Assembly: GCF_003334385.1 (NCBI RefSeq)
Contig: NZ_QOWN01000056.1
From: Escherichia coli
GTDB lineage: Bacteria > Pseudomonadota > Gammaproteobacteria > Enterobacterales > Enterobacteriaceae
Strand: one strand, 5' to 3'
Length of the DNA: 28,549 nt
The first letter of the stretch is position 1. Each line of letters begins with the position of its first letter. The notes under the pieces were generated by a model that did not search any database, was not told where the DNA came from, and was given only the letters and a program-made list of their open reading frames with translations. The position numbers and the translations under genes are program-made. Shown here in pieces: positions 9,315 through 21,198 of this stretch.

Positions 9315-10604
9315 ATGGAAACGACTCAAACCAGCACGATTGCGTCGAAAGACTCTCGTAGTGCCTGGCGCAAGACAGACACCATGTGGATGCTGGGCCT
9401 TTACGGCACGGCAATCGGCGCGGGCGTGCTGTTCCTGCCAATCAACGCCGGTGTTGGCGGTATGATCCCGCTGATCATCATGGCTATCCTTGCGTTCCCG
9501 ATGACGTTTTTTGCTCACCGCGGCCTGACTCGCTTCGTACTGTCTGGTAAAAACCCGGGCGAAGACATCACCGAGGTTGTAGAAGAACACTTTGGTATTG
9601 GCGCAGGTAAACTGATTACCCTGCTCTACTTCTTCGCTATCTACCCGATCCTGCTGGTTTATAGCGTGGCAATCACCAATACCGTTGAAAGCTTCATGTC
9701 TCACCAGCTGGGTATGACGCCACCGCCGCGTGCGATTCTGTCGCTGATCCTGATCGTGGGTATGATGACCATCGTTCGCTTCGGTGAGCAGATGATCGTT
9801 AAAGCGATGAGTATTCTGGTATTCCCGTTTGTTGGCGTACTGATGCTGCTGGCTCTGTACCTGATCCCGCAGTGGAACGGCGCTGCACTGGAAACGCTGT
9901 CTCTGGACACTGCATCTGCAACCGGAAACGGTCTGTGGATGACCCTGTGGCTGGCAATTCCGGTAATGGTGTTCTCGTTCAACCACTCTCCGATCATCTC
10001 TTCTTTCGCCGTTGCGAAGCGTGAAGAGTACGGCGATATGGCAGAACAGAAATGCTCGAAGATCCTGGCATTCGCACACATCATGATGGTGCTGACCGTA
10101 ATGTTCTTCGTCTTCAGCTGTGTACTGAGCCTGACTCCGGCAGACCTGGCTGCGGCTAAAGAGCAGAACATCTCGATTCTGTCTTACCTGGCTAACCACT
10201 TTAACGCACCGGTTATCGCGTGGATGGCTCCGATTATCGCGATTATCGCTATCACCAAATCCTTCCTCGGTCACTACCTGGGCGCACGTGAAGGCTTCAA
10301 CGGTATGGTGATTAAATCTCTGCGTGGTAAAGGTAAGTCTATCGAAATCAACAAGCTGAACCGTATCACTGCGCTGTTCATGCTGGTAACGACCTGGATT
10401 GTTGCCACCCTGAACCCGAGCATCCTGGGTATGATTGAAACCCTGGGCGGTCCAATCATCGCGATGATCCTGTTCCTGATGCCGATGTACGCAATTCAGA
10501 AAGTACCGGCAATGCGTAAGTACAGCGGTCACATCAGCAACGTATTCGTTGTCGTGATGGGTCTGATTGCAATCTCCGCAATCTTCTACTCTCTGTTCAG
10601 CTAA
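9315..10604 (+). CDS. sdaC: Serine:H+ symporter SdaC (429 aa)
   Basis: [49 protein letters not shown]... (HAAAP-family membrane transporter); RBS aggag at 9304..9308. Confidence 0.93.
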   Translation: METTQTSTIASKDSRSAWRKTDTMWMLGLYGTAIGAGVLFLPINAGVGGMIPLIIMAILAFPMTFFAHRGLTRFVLSGKNPGEDITEVVEEHFGIGAGKLITLLYFFAIYPILLVYSVAITNTVESFMSHQLGMTPPPRAILSLILIVGMMTIVRFGEQMIVKAMSILVFPFVGVLMLLALYLIPQWNGAALETLSLDTASATGNGLWMTLWLAIPVMVFSFNHSPIISSFAVAKREEYGDMAEQKCSKILAFAHIMMVLTVMFFVFSCVLSLTPADLAAAKEQNISILSYLANHFNAPVIAWMAPIIAIIAITKSFLGHYLGAREGFNGMVIKSLRGKGKSIEINKLNRITALFMLVTTWIVATLNPSILGMIETLGGPIIAMILFLMPMYAIQKVPAMRKYSGHISNVFVVVMGLIAISAIFYSLFS

Positions 10605-10612
10605 GTCCTTTC

Positions 10613-10632
10613 GCGCCGCTTTCGGGCGGCGC
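10613..10632 (+). terminator. GC-rich hairpin (gcgccgc / gcggcgc) between sdaC and sdaB; possible attenuator or mRNA processing structure
   Basis: 7-bp perfect stem with 6-nt loop, followed by ttcctccgtttt. Confidence 0.35.
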
Positions 10633-10661
10633 TTCCTCCGTTTTAACGCGATGTATTTCCT

Positions 10662-12029
10662 ATGATTAGCGTATTCGATATTTTCAAAATCGGCATTGGC
10701 CCTTCCAGTTCTCATACCGTTGGACCAATGAAAGCGGGTAAACAATTTACCGACGATCTGATTGCCCGTAACCTGCTTAAAGACGTGACCCGCGTGGTGG
10801 TTGACGTGTACGGCTCGCTCTCTCTGACCGGTAAAGGCCACCACACTGATATCGCCATTATTATGGGCCTGGCGGGTAACCTGCCGGATACCGTGGATAT
10901 CGATTCCATCCCCAGTTTTATTCAGGATGTGAATACTCATGGTCGCCTGATGCTGGCAAACGGTCAGCATGAAGTGGAGTTCCCGGTTGATCAGTGCATG
11001 AACTTCCACGCCGACAACCTTTCTCTGCATGAAAACGGTATGCGCATTACCGCGCTGGCGGGCGATAAAGTCGTTTACAGCCAGACTTACTACTCTATTG
11101 GCGGTGGCTTTATCGTTGATGAAGAGCATTTTGGCCAGCAGGATAGCGCACCGGTTGAAGTTCCTTATCCGTACAGTTCAGCAGCCGATCTGCAAAAACA
11201 TTGTCAGGAAACCGGGCTGTCACTCTCTGGCCTGATGATGAAAAACGAGCTGGCGCTGCACAGCAAAGAAGAGCTGGAACAGCACCTGGCGAACGTCTGG
11301 GAAGTCATGCGCGGCGGTATTGAGCGCGGTATTTCCACCGAAGGCGTGTTGCCTGGCAAACTGCGCGTTCCACGCCGTGCTGCGGCACTACGCCGGATGC
11401 TGGTCAGCCAGGATAAAACCACCACTGACCCGATGGCGGTTGTTGACTGGATCAACATGTTTGCACTGGCAGTGAACGAAGAGAACGCTGCTGGCGGTCG
11501 CGTGGTGACTGCGCCGACTAACGGTGCGTGCGGGATTATCCCGGCAGTTCTGGCGTACTACGACAAGTTTATCCGCGAAGTGAACGCTAACTCACTGGCT
11601 CGTTACCTGCTGGTAGCCAGCGCCATTGGTTCTCTTTATAAGATGAACGCGTCGATTTCTGGTGCTGAAGTGGGTTGCCAGGGTGAAGTTGGCGTGGCGT
11701 GCTCAATGGCGGCGGCTGGTCTGGCAGAACTATTAGGCGCAAGCCCGGCGCAGGTGTGCATCGCGGCGGAAATCGCCATGGAGCACAACCTCGGTCTGAC
11801 GTGTGACCCGGTCGCCGGACAGGTACAGGTGCCATGCATCGAGCGTAACGCCATTGCGGCAGTAAAAGCGGTGAACGCCGCACGTATGGCGCTGCGCCGT
11901 ACCAGCGAGCCGCGCGTCTGCCTCGATAAAGTTATCGAAACCATGTACGAAACAGGTAAAGATATGAACGCCAAGTACCGCGAAACCTCTCGCGGCGGCC
12001 TGGCAATGAAGATCGTTGCCTGCGATTAA
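10662..12029 (+). CDS. sdaB: L-serine dehydratase 2, SdaB (455 aa)
   Basis: ORF MISVFDIFKIGIGPSSSHTVGPMKAGKQFTDDL... (iron-sulfur L-serine dehydratase signature N-terminus). Confidence 0.93.
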   Translation: MISVFDIFKIGIGPSSSHTVGPMKAGKQFTDDLIARNLLKDVTRVVVDVYGSLSLTGKGHHTDIAIIMGLAGNLPDTVDIDSIPSFIQDVNTHGRLMLANGQHEVEFPVDQCMNFHADNLSLHENGMRITALAGDKVVYSQTYYSIGGGFIVDEEHFGQQDSAPVEVPYPYSSAADLQKHCQETGLSLSGLMMKNELALHSKEELEQHLANVWEVMRGGIERGISTEGVLPGKLRVPRRAAALRRMLVSQDKTTTDPMAVVDWINMFALAVNEENAAGGRVVTAPTNGACGIIPAVLAYYDKFIREVNANSLARYLLVASAIGSLYKMNASISGAEVGCQGEVGVACSMAAAGLAELLGASPAQVCIAAEIAMEHNLGLTCDPVAGQVQVPCIERNAIAAVKAVNAARMALRRTSEPRVCLDKVIETMYETGKDMNAKYRETSRGGLAMKIVACD

Positions 12030-12896
<867 letters not shown>

Positions 12897-12902
12897 CGGC
12901 GA

Positions 12903-12932
12903 GCCGGATACGCCGCAAACGTCGTATCCGGC
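12903..12932. terminator. REP-like hairpin between convergent xni and fucO (gccggatacgccg-caaa-cgtcgtatccggc); candidate bidirectional terminator
   Basis: 13-bp arms with one mismatch, 4-nt loop, sitting between the two stop codons. Confidence 0.5.
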
Positions 12933-12950
12933 ATTATCACATCAGCGCAT

Positions 12951-14102
12951 TTACCAGGCGGTATGGTAAAGCTCTACAATATCCTCAAGCGTTGCTTCAC
13001 GCGGGTTGCCACCGGTACAAACATCATCCAGTGCCGCCTGCGCCAGTGCCGGAATGTCTTCCTTGCGTACACCAACATCACGCAAATGTGGCGGAATACC
13101 GACATCACGGTTGAGAGCAAACACCGCTTCAACAGCGGCATTACGCGCCTCTTCCAGGCTCATACCTTCCACTTTCACGCCCATAACGCGCGCGATATCG
13201 CGGTACTTCTCACCGGTAAAGTCAGCGTTATAACGCATGACATGCGGTAACAGGATGGCGTTCGCAACACCGTGTGGAGTGTTATAAAACGCGCCCAGTG
13301 GATGCGCCATACCATGCACCAACCCTAACCCAACATTCGAGAAGCCCATACCCGCAACATACTGCCCGAGCGCCATTTCTTCTCCGGCATCCTTATCACC
13401 AGCAACCGATCCTCGCAGCGCCCCAGCAATGATTTCAATCGCTTTAATGTGCAGTGCATCGGTTAGCGCCCACGCGCCACGGGTAATATACCCCTCAATA
13501 GCATGAGTGAGCGCATCGACACCCGTCGCAGCTTTCAGCGCTGGAGGCATACCATCCATCATGTCAGCGTCAATAAACGCCACCTGCGGGATATCATGCG
13601 GATCAACGCAAACAAACTTGCGCCGTTTCTCTTCGTCAGTGATCACGTAGTTAATGGTCACTTCTGCCGCAGTACCTGCTGTGGTAGGAATTGCCAGAAT
13701 CGGTACACTGGGTTTATTGGTCGGGGAAAGCCCTTCCAGGCTACGCACATCGGCAAACTCCGGGTTGTTGCTGATAATGCCAATCGCTTTACAAGTATCC
13801 TGTGGAGAACCACCACCAATAGCGATCAGGTAATCCGCGCCGCTATTCTGGAATACACCGAGCCCTTCTTTGACGACAGTAATTGTTGGGTTGGGCACTA
13901 CGCCGTCGTAAATCGCCCATGCCAGCCCTGCAGCATCCATCTTATCGGTCACTTTCGCCACCACGCCGCATTGCACCAGCGTTTTATCGGTGACGATCAG
14001 CGCCTTCTGATAACCACGGCGTTTCACCTCATCGGTTAAAGCCCCAACAGCACCCCGACCAAACCATGCCGTTTCGTTCAGAATCATTCTGTTAGCCATC
14101 AT
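12951..14102 (-). CDS. fucO: L-1,2-propanediol oxidoreductase (lactaldehyde reductase) FucO (383 aa)
   Basis: ORF MMANRMILNETAWFGRGAVGALTDEVKRRGYQKALIVTDKTL... (iron-containing alcohol dehydrogenase family); RBS aaggaga upstream; start could equally be the second ATG at 14099. Confidence 0.93.
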   Translation of the reverse strand: MMANRMILNETAWFGRGAVGALTDEVKRRGYQKALIVTDKTLVQCGVVAKVTDKMDAAGLAWAIYDGVVPNPTITVVKEGLGVFQNSGADYLIAIGGGSPQDTCKAIGIISNNPEFADVRSLEGLSPTNKPSVPILAIPTTAGTAAEVTINYVITDEEKRRKFVCVDPHDIPQVAFIDADMMDGMPPALKAATGVDALTHAIEGYITRGAWALTDALHIKAIEIIAGALRGSVAGDKDAGEEMALGQYVAGMGFSNVGLGLVHGMAHPLGAFYNTPHGVANAILLPHVMRYNADFTGEKYRDIARVMGVKVEGMSLEEARNAAVEAVFALNRDVGIPPHLRDVGVRKEDIPALAQAALDDVCTGGNPREATLEDIVELYHTAW

Positions 14103-14126
14103 CCTTCTCCTTGTTGCTTTACGAAA

Positions 14127-14774
14127 TTACTCTTCAATTCGTAACCCATAGGTTTTGAATTTCTCCAGCACTACGGCAATCTCTTCATCGCTCAGCACTG
14201 GCACCGGGTCCGTAATCGCCAGGGTCGTCAGGTAAAGTTGCGCCAGCACTTCAACTTCATGCGCCAGCCATAACGCTTTTTCCAGATTCACCTCACAAGC
14301 GATAAGCCCATGATGTTGTAACAAAGTTGCCTTACGATTTTTGAGAGCCAGCGCAACATGTTCAGAAAGTTCGCGTGTTCCAAAGGTCGCATAAGGCGCG
14401 CAAGGAATAGAATTACCGCCAGCCGCCGCAATCATGTAGTGAATAGCGGGGATCGATCGGTTAAGAATGGAAACTGCCGTGCAATGAACGGCATGATTGT
14501 GAACAACCGCGTTGGCATCCGGTCTGCTTTGATAGGCTGCCATATGGAAACGCCATTCGCTTGAGGGGAGCTTTCCTTCCTCATGTTTACCGTTGCCATC
14601 AATAAAGACAATATGCGACTCCGTCAGTTTTTCATATGGAATGCCTGTAGGCGTAATCAGCATCCCATCCTGATAACGTACACTGACGTTCCCCGCTGTC
14701 CCCTGGTTCAGTCCCAGGCGGGTCATTTCCAGGCAAGTGTCAATAATCTGACGAGCAAGTTTATTTCGTTCCAT
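14127..14774 (-). CDS. fucA: L-fuculose-1-phosphate aldolase FucA (215 aa)
   Basis: ORF MERNKLARQIIDTCLEMTRLGLNQGTAGNVSVRYQDGMLITPTG... (class II aldolase). Confidence 0.93.
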   Translation of the reverse strand: MERNKLARQIIDTCLEMTRLGLNQGTAGNVSVRYQDGMLITPTGIPYEKLTESHIVFIDGNGKHEEGKLPSSEWRFHMAAYQSRPDANAVVHNHAVHCTAVSILNRSIPAIHYMIAAAGGNSIPCAPYATFGTRELSEHVALALKNRKATLLQHHGLIACEVNLEKALWLAHEVEVLAQLYLTTLAITDPVPVLSDEEIAVVLEKFKTYGLRIEE

Positions 14775-14963
14775 TAGCTACCTCTCTCTGATTCAAAACA
14801 GGGCAATAATGTTGTTCCTTTCACACTATTGAATTAGCCGTTTAATTACCCACCATCTTCTTCCTGATTAACAAGAAAGAAATTCACAAGCTTATATTTT
14901 GTGACCTGGTTCAACTAATCACAGTAAATAACTGCAAGTTCTCTTTTTATAACCCCATTAAAA

Positions 14964-15058
14964 ATGACCGCTCTTAAAAATATTTATCAAAACGGTCATT
15001 TTTCTATTCCTCCAAGCCCGGAATGACCGTTTTCGGCACAAACAATTAATACGGTCAT
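14964..15058. promoter_or_regulatory. Four evenly spaced ATGACCG(T) half-sites forming two inverted-repeat pairs in the fucAO/fucPIK divergent control region; candidate FucR (DeoR-family) operators
   Basis: atgaccg 14964..14970, cggtcat 14993..14999, atgaccgt 15023..15030, acggtcat 15051..15058; centre-to-centre spacing about 28-30 bp. Confidence 0.4.
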
Positions 15059-15116
15059 CTGATTTGTGTTTTTTATGATTTATTTTCTGAAACGGGCATG
15101 AAATTTCGATTATTAA

Positions 15117-15172
15117 AGTGATGGTAGTCACATAAAGTCACCTTCTAGCTAATAAGTGTGACCGCCGTCATA
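15117..15172. promoter_or_regulatory. Two CRP-like sites upstream of fucP (aGTGAtggtagTCACA at 15117..15132 and TGTGAccgccgTCAtA at 15157..15172)
   Basis: Matches to the TGTGA-N6-TCACA consensus; fuc promoters are catabolite-controlled. Confidence 0.45.
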
Positions 15173-15320
15173 TTACAGAGCGTTTTTTATTTGAAAATGA
15201 ATCCATGAGTTCATTTCAAACAGGCAAATATTCACTGATATGAAGCCCGAACTCGCTGGTTTTGCACTTTTGAAAACATAACCGATTACGTGCTTAAGCT
15301 TCTGAACCTAAGAGGATGCT

Positions 15321-16637
15321 ATGGGAAACACATCAATACAAACGCAGAGTTACCGTGCGGTAGATAAAGATGCAGGGCAAAGCAGAAGTTACATTATTCC
15401 ATTCGCGCTGCTGTGCTCACTGTTTTTTCTTTGGGCGGTAGCCAATAACCTTAACGACATTTTATTACCTCAATTCCAGCAGGCTTTTACGCTGACAAAT
15501 TTCCAGGCTGGCCTGATCCAATCGGCCTTTTACTTTGGTTATTTCATTATCCCAATCCCTGCTGGGATATTGATGAAAAAACTCAGTTATAAAGCAGGGA
15601 TTATTACCGGGTTATTTTTATATGCCTTGGGTGCTGCATTATTCTGGCCCGCCGCAGAAATAATGAACTACACCTTATTTTTAGTTGGCCTATTTATTAT
15701 TGCAGCCGGATTAGGTTGTCTGGAAACTGCCGCAAACCCTTTTGTTACGGTATTAGGGCCGGAAAGTAGTGGTCACTTCCGCTTAAATCTTGCGCAAACA
15801 TTTAACTCGTTTGGCGCAATTATCGCGGTTGTCTTTGGGCAAAGTCTTATTTTGTCTAACGTGCCACATCAATCGCAAGACGTTCTCGATAAAATGTCTC
15901 CAGAGCAATTGAGTGCGTATAAACACAGCCTGGTATTATCGGTACAGACACCTTATATGATCATCGTGGCTATCGTGTTACTGGTCGCCCTGCTGATCAT
16001 GCTGACGAAATTCCCGGCATTGCAGAGTGATAATCACAGTGACGCCAAACAAGGATCGTTCTCCGCATCGCTTTCTCGCCTGGCGCGTATTCGCCACTGG
16101 CGCTGGGCGGTATTAGCGCAATTCTGCTATGTCGGCGCACAAACGGCCTGCTGGAGCTATTTGATTCGCTACGCTGTAGAAGAAATTCCAGGTATGACTG
16201 CAGGCTTTGCCGCTAACTATTTAACCGGAACCATGGTGTGCTTCTTTATTGGTCGTTTCACCGGTACCTGGCTCATCAGTCGCTTCGCACCACACAAAGT
16301 CCTGGCCGCCTACGCATTAATCGCTATGGCACTGTGCCTGATCTCAGCCTTCGCTGGCGGTCATGTGGGCTTAATAGCCCTGACTTTATGCAGCGCCTTT
16401 ATGTCGATTCAGTACCCAACAATCTTCTCGCTGGGCATTAAGAATCTCGGCCAGGACACCAAATATGGTTCGTCCTTCATCGTTATGACCATTATTGGCG
16501 GCGGTATTGTCACTCCGGTCATGGGTTTTGTCAGTGACGCGGCGGGCAACATCCCCACTGCTGAACTGATCCCCGCACTCTGCTTCGCGGTCATCTTTAT
16601 CTTTGCCCGTTTCCGTTCTCAAACGGCAACTAACTGA
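15321..16637 (+). CDS. fucP: L-fucose:H+ symporter FucP (438 aa)
   Basis: ORF MGNTSIQTQSYRAVDKDAGQSRSYIIPFALLCSLFFLWAVANNLNDILLPQF... (MFS, 12-TM pattern); RBS agagga upstream. Confidence 0.93.
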   Translation: MGNTSIQTQSYRAVDKDAGQSRSYIIPFALLCSLFFLWAVANNLNDILLPQFQQAFTLTNFQAGLIQSAFYFGYFIIPIPAGILMKKLSYKAGIITGLFLYALGAALFWPAAEIMNYTLFLVGLFIIAAGLGCLETAANPFVTVLGPESSGHFRLNLAQTFNSFGAIIAVVFGQSLILSNVPHQSQDVLDKMSPEQLSAYKHSLVLSVQTPYMIIVAIVLLVALLIMLTKFPALQSDNHSDAKQGSFSASLSRLARIRHWRWAVLAQFCYVGAQTACWSYLIRYAVEEIPGMTAGFAANYLTGTMVCFFIGRFTGTWLISRFAPHKVLAAYALIAMALCLISAFAGGHVGLIALTLCSAFMSIQYPTIFSLGIKNLGQDTKYGSSFIVMTIIGGGIVTPVMGFVSDAAGNIPTAELIPALCFAVIFIFARFRSQTATN

Positions 16638-16669
16638 ACATATTTTCCGAATAAAGTGAGGAATCTGTA

Positions 16670-18445
16670 ATGAAAAAAATCAGCTTACCGAAAATTGGTA
16701 TCCGCCCGGTTATTGACGGTCGTCGCATGGGTGTTCGTGAGTCGCTTGAAGAACAAACAATGAATATGGCGAAAGCTACGGCCGCACTGCTGACCGAGAA
16801 ACTGCGCCATGCCTGCGGAGCTGCCGTCGAGTGTGTCATTTCCGATACCTGTATCGCGGGTATGGCTGAAGCCGCTGCTTGCGAAGAAAAATTCAGCAGT
16901 CAGAATGTAGGCCTCACCATTACGGTAACGCCTTGCTGGTGCTATGGCAGTGAAACCATCGACATGGATCCAACCCGCCCGAAGGCCATTTGGGGCTTTA
17001 ACGGCACTGAACGCCCCGGCGCTGTTTACCTGGCAGCGGCTCTGGCAGCTCACAGCCAGAAAGGCATCCCAGCATTCTCCATTTACGGTCATGACGTTCA
17101 GGATGCCGATGACACATCGATTCCTGCCGATGTTGAAGAAAAACTGCTGCGCTTTGCCCGCGCCGGTTTGGCCGTCGCCAGCATGAAAGGTAAAAGCTAT
17201 CTGTCGCTGGGCGGCGTTTCGATGGGTATCGCCGGTTCCATTGTTGATCACAACTTCTTTGAATCCTGGCTGGGAATGAAAGTCCAGGCGGTGGATATGA
17301 CCGAACTGCGTCGCCGTATCGATCAGAAGATTTACGACGAAGCCGAATTGGAAATGGCACTGGCCTGGGCTGATAAAAACTTCCGCTATGGCGAAGATGA
17401 AAATAACAAACAGTATCAACGTAATGCCGAGCAAAGCCGCGCAGTTCTGCGCGAAAGTTTACTGATGGCGATGTGTATCCGCGACATGATGCAAGGCAAC
17501 AGCAAACTGGCCGATATTGGTCGCGTGGAAGAATCACTTGGCTACAACGCCATCGCTGCGGGCTTCCAGGGGCAACGTCACTGGACCGATCAATATCCCA
17601 ATGGTGACACCGCCGAAGCGATCCTCAACAGTTCATTTGACTGGAATGGCGTGCGCGAACCCTTTGTCGTGGCGACCGAAAACGACAGTCTTAACGGCGT
17701 GGCAATGCTAATGGGTCACCAGCTCACCGGCACCGCTCAGGTATTTGCCGATGTGCGTACCTACTGGTCACCAGAAGCAATTGAGCGTGTAACGGGGCAT
17801 AAACTGGATGGACTGGCAGAACACGGCATCATCCATTTGATCAACTCCGGTTCTGCTGCGCTGGACGGTTCCTGTAAACAACGCGACAGCGAAGGTAACC
17901 CGACGATGAAGCCACACTGGGAAATCTCTCAGCAAGAGGCTGACGCTTGCCTCGCCGCTACCGAATGGTGCCCGGCGATCCACGAATACTTCCGTGGCGG
18001 CGGTTACTCTTCCCGCTTCCTTACCGAAGGCGGCGTCCCGTTCACCATGACTCGTGTCAACATCATCAAAGGCCTGGGACCGGTACTGCAAATCGCGGAA
18101 GGCTGGAGCGTGGAATTGCCGAAGGATGTGCATGACATCCTCAACAAACGCACCAACTCAACCTGGCCAACCACCTGGTTTGCACCGCGCCTCACCGGTA
18201 AAGGGCCGTTTACGGATGTGTACTCGGTAATGGCGAACTGGGGCGCTAACCATGGGGTTCTGACCATCGGCCACGTTGGCGCAGACTTTATCACTCTCGC
18301 CTCCATGCTGCGTATCCCGGTATGTATGCACAACGTTGAAGAGACCAAAGTGTATCGTCCTTCTGCCTGGGCTGCGCACGGCATGGATATTGAAGGCCAG
18401 GATTACCGCGCTTGCCAGAACTACGGTCCGTTGTACAAGCGTTAA
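16670..18445 (+). CDS. fucI: L-fucose isomerase FucI (591 aa)
   Basis: [44 protein letters not shown]...; stop taa 18443..18445. Confidence 0.93.
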   Translation: MKKISLPKIGIRPVIDGRRMGVRESLEEQTMNMAKATAALLTEKLRHACGAAVECVISDTCIAGMAEAAACEEKFSSQNVGLTITVTPCWCYGSETIDMDPTRPKAIWGFNGTERPGAVYLAAALAAHSQKGIPAFSIYGHDVQDADDTSIPADVEEKLLRFARAGLAVASMKGKSYLSLGGVSMGIAGSIVDHNFFESWLGMKVQAVDMTELRRRIDQKIYDEAELEMALAWADKNFRYGEDENNKQYQRNAEQSRAVLRESLLMAMCIRDMMQGNSKLADIGRVEESLGYNAIAAGFQGQRHWTDQYPNGDTAEAILNSSFDWNGVREPFVVATENDSLNGVAMLMGHQLTGTAQVFADVRTYWSPEAIERVTGHKLDGLAEHGIIHLINSGSAALDGSCKQRDSEGNPTMKPHWEISQQEADACLAATEWCPAIHEYFRGGGYSSRFLTEGGVPFTMTRVNIIKGLGPVLQIAEGWSVELPKDVHDILNKRTNSTWPTTWFAPRLTGKGPFTDVYSVMANWGANHGVLTIGHVGADFITLASMLRIPVCMHNVEETKVYRPSAWAAHGMDIEGQDYRACQNYGPLYKR

Positions 18446-18553
18446 TACATTACTCCCTGATGTGATGCCCGGTCGCTCCGGCTACCGGGCCTGAACAAGC
18501 AAGAGTGGTTAGCCGGATAAGCAATGTTATCCGGCTATATTGCAGGAGCGATT

Positions 18554-19972
18554 ATGAAACAAGAAGTTATCCTGGTACTCGACTGTGGCGCGACCAATGT
18601 CAGGGCCATCGCGGTTAATCGGCAGGGCAAAATTGTTGCCCGCGCCTCAACGCCTAATGCCAGCGATATCGCGATGGAAAACAACACCTGGCACCAGTGG
18701 TCTTTAGACGCCATTTTGCAACGCTTTGCTGATTGCTGTCGGCAAATCAATAGTGAACTGACTGAATGCCACATCCGCGGTATCGCCGTCACCACCTTTG
18801 GTGTGGATGGCGCTCTGGTAGATAAGCAAGGCAATCTGCTCTATCCGATTATTAGCTGGAAATGTCCGCGAACAGCAGCGGTTATGGACAATATTGAACG
18901 GTTAATCTCCGCACAGCGGTTGCAGGCTATTTCTGGCGTCGGAGCCTTTAGTTTCAATACGTTATATAAGTTGGTGTGGTTGAAAGAAAATCATCCACAA
19001 CTGCTGGAACGCGCGCACGCCTGGCTCTTTATTTCGTCGCTGATTAACCACCGTTTAACCGGCGAATTCACTACTGATATCACGATGGCCGGAACCAGCC
19101 AGATGCTGGATATCCAGCAACGCGATTTCAGTCCGCAAATTTTACAAGCCACCGGTATTCCACGCCGACTCTTCCCTCGTCTGGTGGAAGCGGGTGAACA
19201 GATTGGTACGCTACAGAACAGCGCCGCAGCAATGCTCGGCTTACCCGTTGGCATACCGGTGATTTCCGCAGGTCACGATACCCAGTTCGCCCTTTTTGGC
19301 GCTGGTGCTGAACAAAATGAACCCGTGCTCTCTTCCGGTACATGGGAAATTTTAATGGTTCGCAGCGCCCAGGTTGATACTTCGCTGTTAAGTCAGTACG
19401 CCGGTTCCACCTGCGAACTGGATAGCCAGGCAGGGTTGTATAACCCAGGTATGCAATGGCTGGCATCCGGCGTGCTGGAATGGGTGAGAAAACTGTTCTG
19501 GACGGCTGAAACACCCTGGCAAATGTTGATTGAAGAAGCTCGTCTGATCGCGCCTGGCGCGGATGGCGTAAAAATGCAGTGTGATTTATTGTCGTGTCAG
19601 AACGCTGGCTGGCAAGGAGTGACGCTTAATACCACGCGGGGGCATTTCTATCGCGCGGCGCTGGAAGGGTTAACTGCGCAATTACAGCGCAATCTACAGA
19701 TGCTGGAAAAAATCGGGCACTTTAAGGCCTCTGAATTATTGTTAGTCGGTGGAGGAAGTCGCAACACATTGTGGAATCAGATTAAAGCCAATATGCTTGA
19801 TATTCCGGTAAAAGTTCTCGACGACGCCGAAACGACCGTCGCAGGAGCTGCGCTGTTCGGTTGGTATGGCGTAGGGGAATTTAACAGCCCGGAAGAAGCC
19901 CGCGCACAGATTCATTATCAGTACCGTTATTTCTACCCGCAAACTGAACCTGAATTTATAGAGGAAGTGTGA
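18554..19972 (+). CDS. fucK: L-fuculokinase FucK (472 aa from this ATG; an in-frame ATG at 18524 would give 482 aa)
   Basis: ORF ...[32 protein letters not shown]... (FGGY carbohydrate kinase). aggag RBS at 18544..18548 sits 5 nt before ATG 18554; the upstream ATG 18524 lies in the loop of a hairpin. Confidence 0.88.
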
Positions 19973-19973
19973 A

Positions 19974-20396
19974 ATGCTGAAAACAATTTCGCCGTTAATT
20001 TCTCCCGAACTATTGAAAGTGCTGGCAGAGATGGGACATGGAGATGAAATTATTTTTTCCGATGCTCACTTTCCCGCCCATTCGATGGGACCGCAGGTGA
20101 TCCGCGCTGATGGCCTGTTGGTGAGCGACTTGCTCCAGGCGATTATCCCGTTATTTGAACTGGACAGTTATGCTCCGCCGCTGGTGATGATGGCGGCGGT
20201 AGAAGGTGACACTCTCGATCCTGAAGTAGAACGACGTTACCGTAATGCGCTTTCACTACAAGCCCCGTGTCCTGACATCATCCGCATCAATCGTTTTGCG
20301 TTTTATGAACGGGCGCAAAAAGCCTTTGCGATCGTTATCACAGGCGAACGAGCGAAGTACGGGAATATTCTTTTAAAAAAAGGGGTAACACCGTAA
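19974..20396 (+). CDS. fucU: L-fucose mutarotase FucU (140 aa)
   Basis: [40 protein letters not shown]... (RbsD/FucU family); ATG 1 nt after the fucK stop. Confidence 0.9.
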
Positions 20397-20453
20397 TCTC
20401 ATACCGGTACGCCCGCATGACGCGGGCGGTTATCGAATGATGGGGTGAAAAAT

Positions 20454-21185
20454 ATGAAAGCGGCACGCCAGCAAGCGATAGTCGACCTGCTGCTGAACCA
20501 TACCAGCCTGACCACGGAAGCTCTCTCTGAACAGCTAAAGGTCAGTAAAGAAACCATTCGTCGCGATCTCAATGAATTACAGACGCAGGGTAAAATTCTG
20601 CGCAATCATGGACGCGCTAAATATATCCACCGTCAAAATCAAGACAGTGGCGATCCCTTTCACATCAGGCTGAAAAGCCATTATGCGCATAAAGCAGATA
20701 TCGCGCGCGAGGCGCTCGCGTGGATTGAAGAAGGGATGGTGATAGCCTTAGACGCCAGTTCAACTTGCTGGTATCTGGCACGCCAGTTGCCTGACATCAA
20801 CATTCAGGTCTTCACCAATAGCCATCCGATTTGCCATGAACTCGGTAAACGCGAACGCATTCAACTGATCAGTTCCGGCGGCACACTTGAGCGCAAATAT
20901 GGCTGTTACGTCAATCCCTCGCTGATTTCCCAACTTAAATCGCTGGAAATCGATCTGTTTATTTTTTCTTGTGAAGGGATCGATAGCAGCGGCGCACTGT
21001 GGGACTCCAATGCGATCAACGCTGATTACAAATCGATGCTATTAAAACGTGCCGCGCAATCGTTGTTATTGATTGATAAAAGTAAATTTAATCGTTCAGG
21101 GGAAGCCCGCATCGGGCATCTGGATGAGGTAACGCACATTATTTCTGATGAGCGCCAGGTTGCAACTTCTTTGGTAACAGCCTGA
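20454..21185 (+). CDS. fucR: DeoR-family transcriptional activator of the fuc regulon, FucR (243 aa)
   Basis: ORF MKAARQQAIVDLLLNHTSLTTEALSEQLKVSKETIRRDLNELQTQGKILR... (N-terminal HTH plus DeoR C-terminal sugar-phosphate domain); the ORF track starts 3 codons earlier at gtg 20445. Confidence 0.9.
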   Translation: MKAARQQAIVDLLLNHTSLTTEALSEQLKVSKETIRRDLNELQTQGKILRNHGRAKYIHRQNQDSGDPFHIRLKSHYAHKADIAREALAWIEEGMVIALDASSTCWYLARQLPDINIQVFTNSHPICHELGKRERIQLISSGGTLERKYGCYVNPSLISQLKSLEIDLFIFSCEGIDSSGALWDSNAINADYKSMLLKRAAQSLLLIDKSKFNRSGEARIGHLDEVTHIISDERQVATSLVTA

Positions 21186-21198
21186 CGGAAAGGGTAGC

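Noticed and set aside
16685-17434. 249-aa minus-strand ORF inside fucI
   Set aside because: Entirely antisense to a well-supported gene, no RBS, no recognisable protein features; typical shadow ORF.
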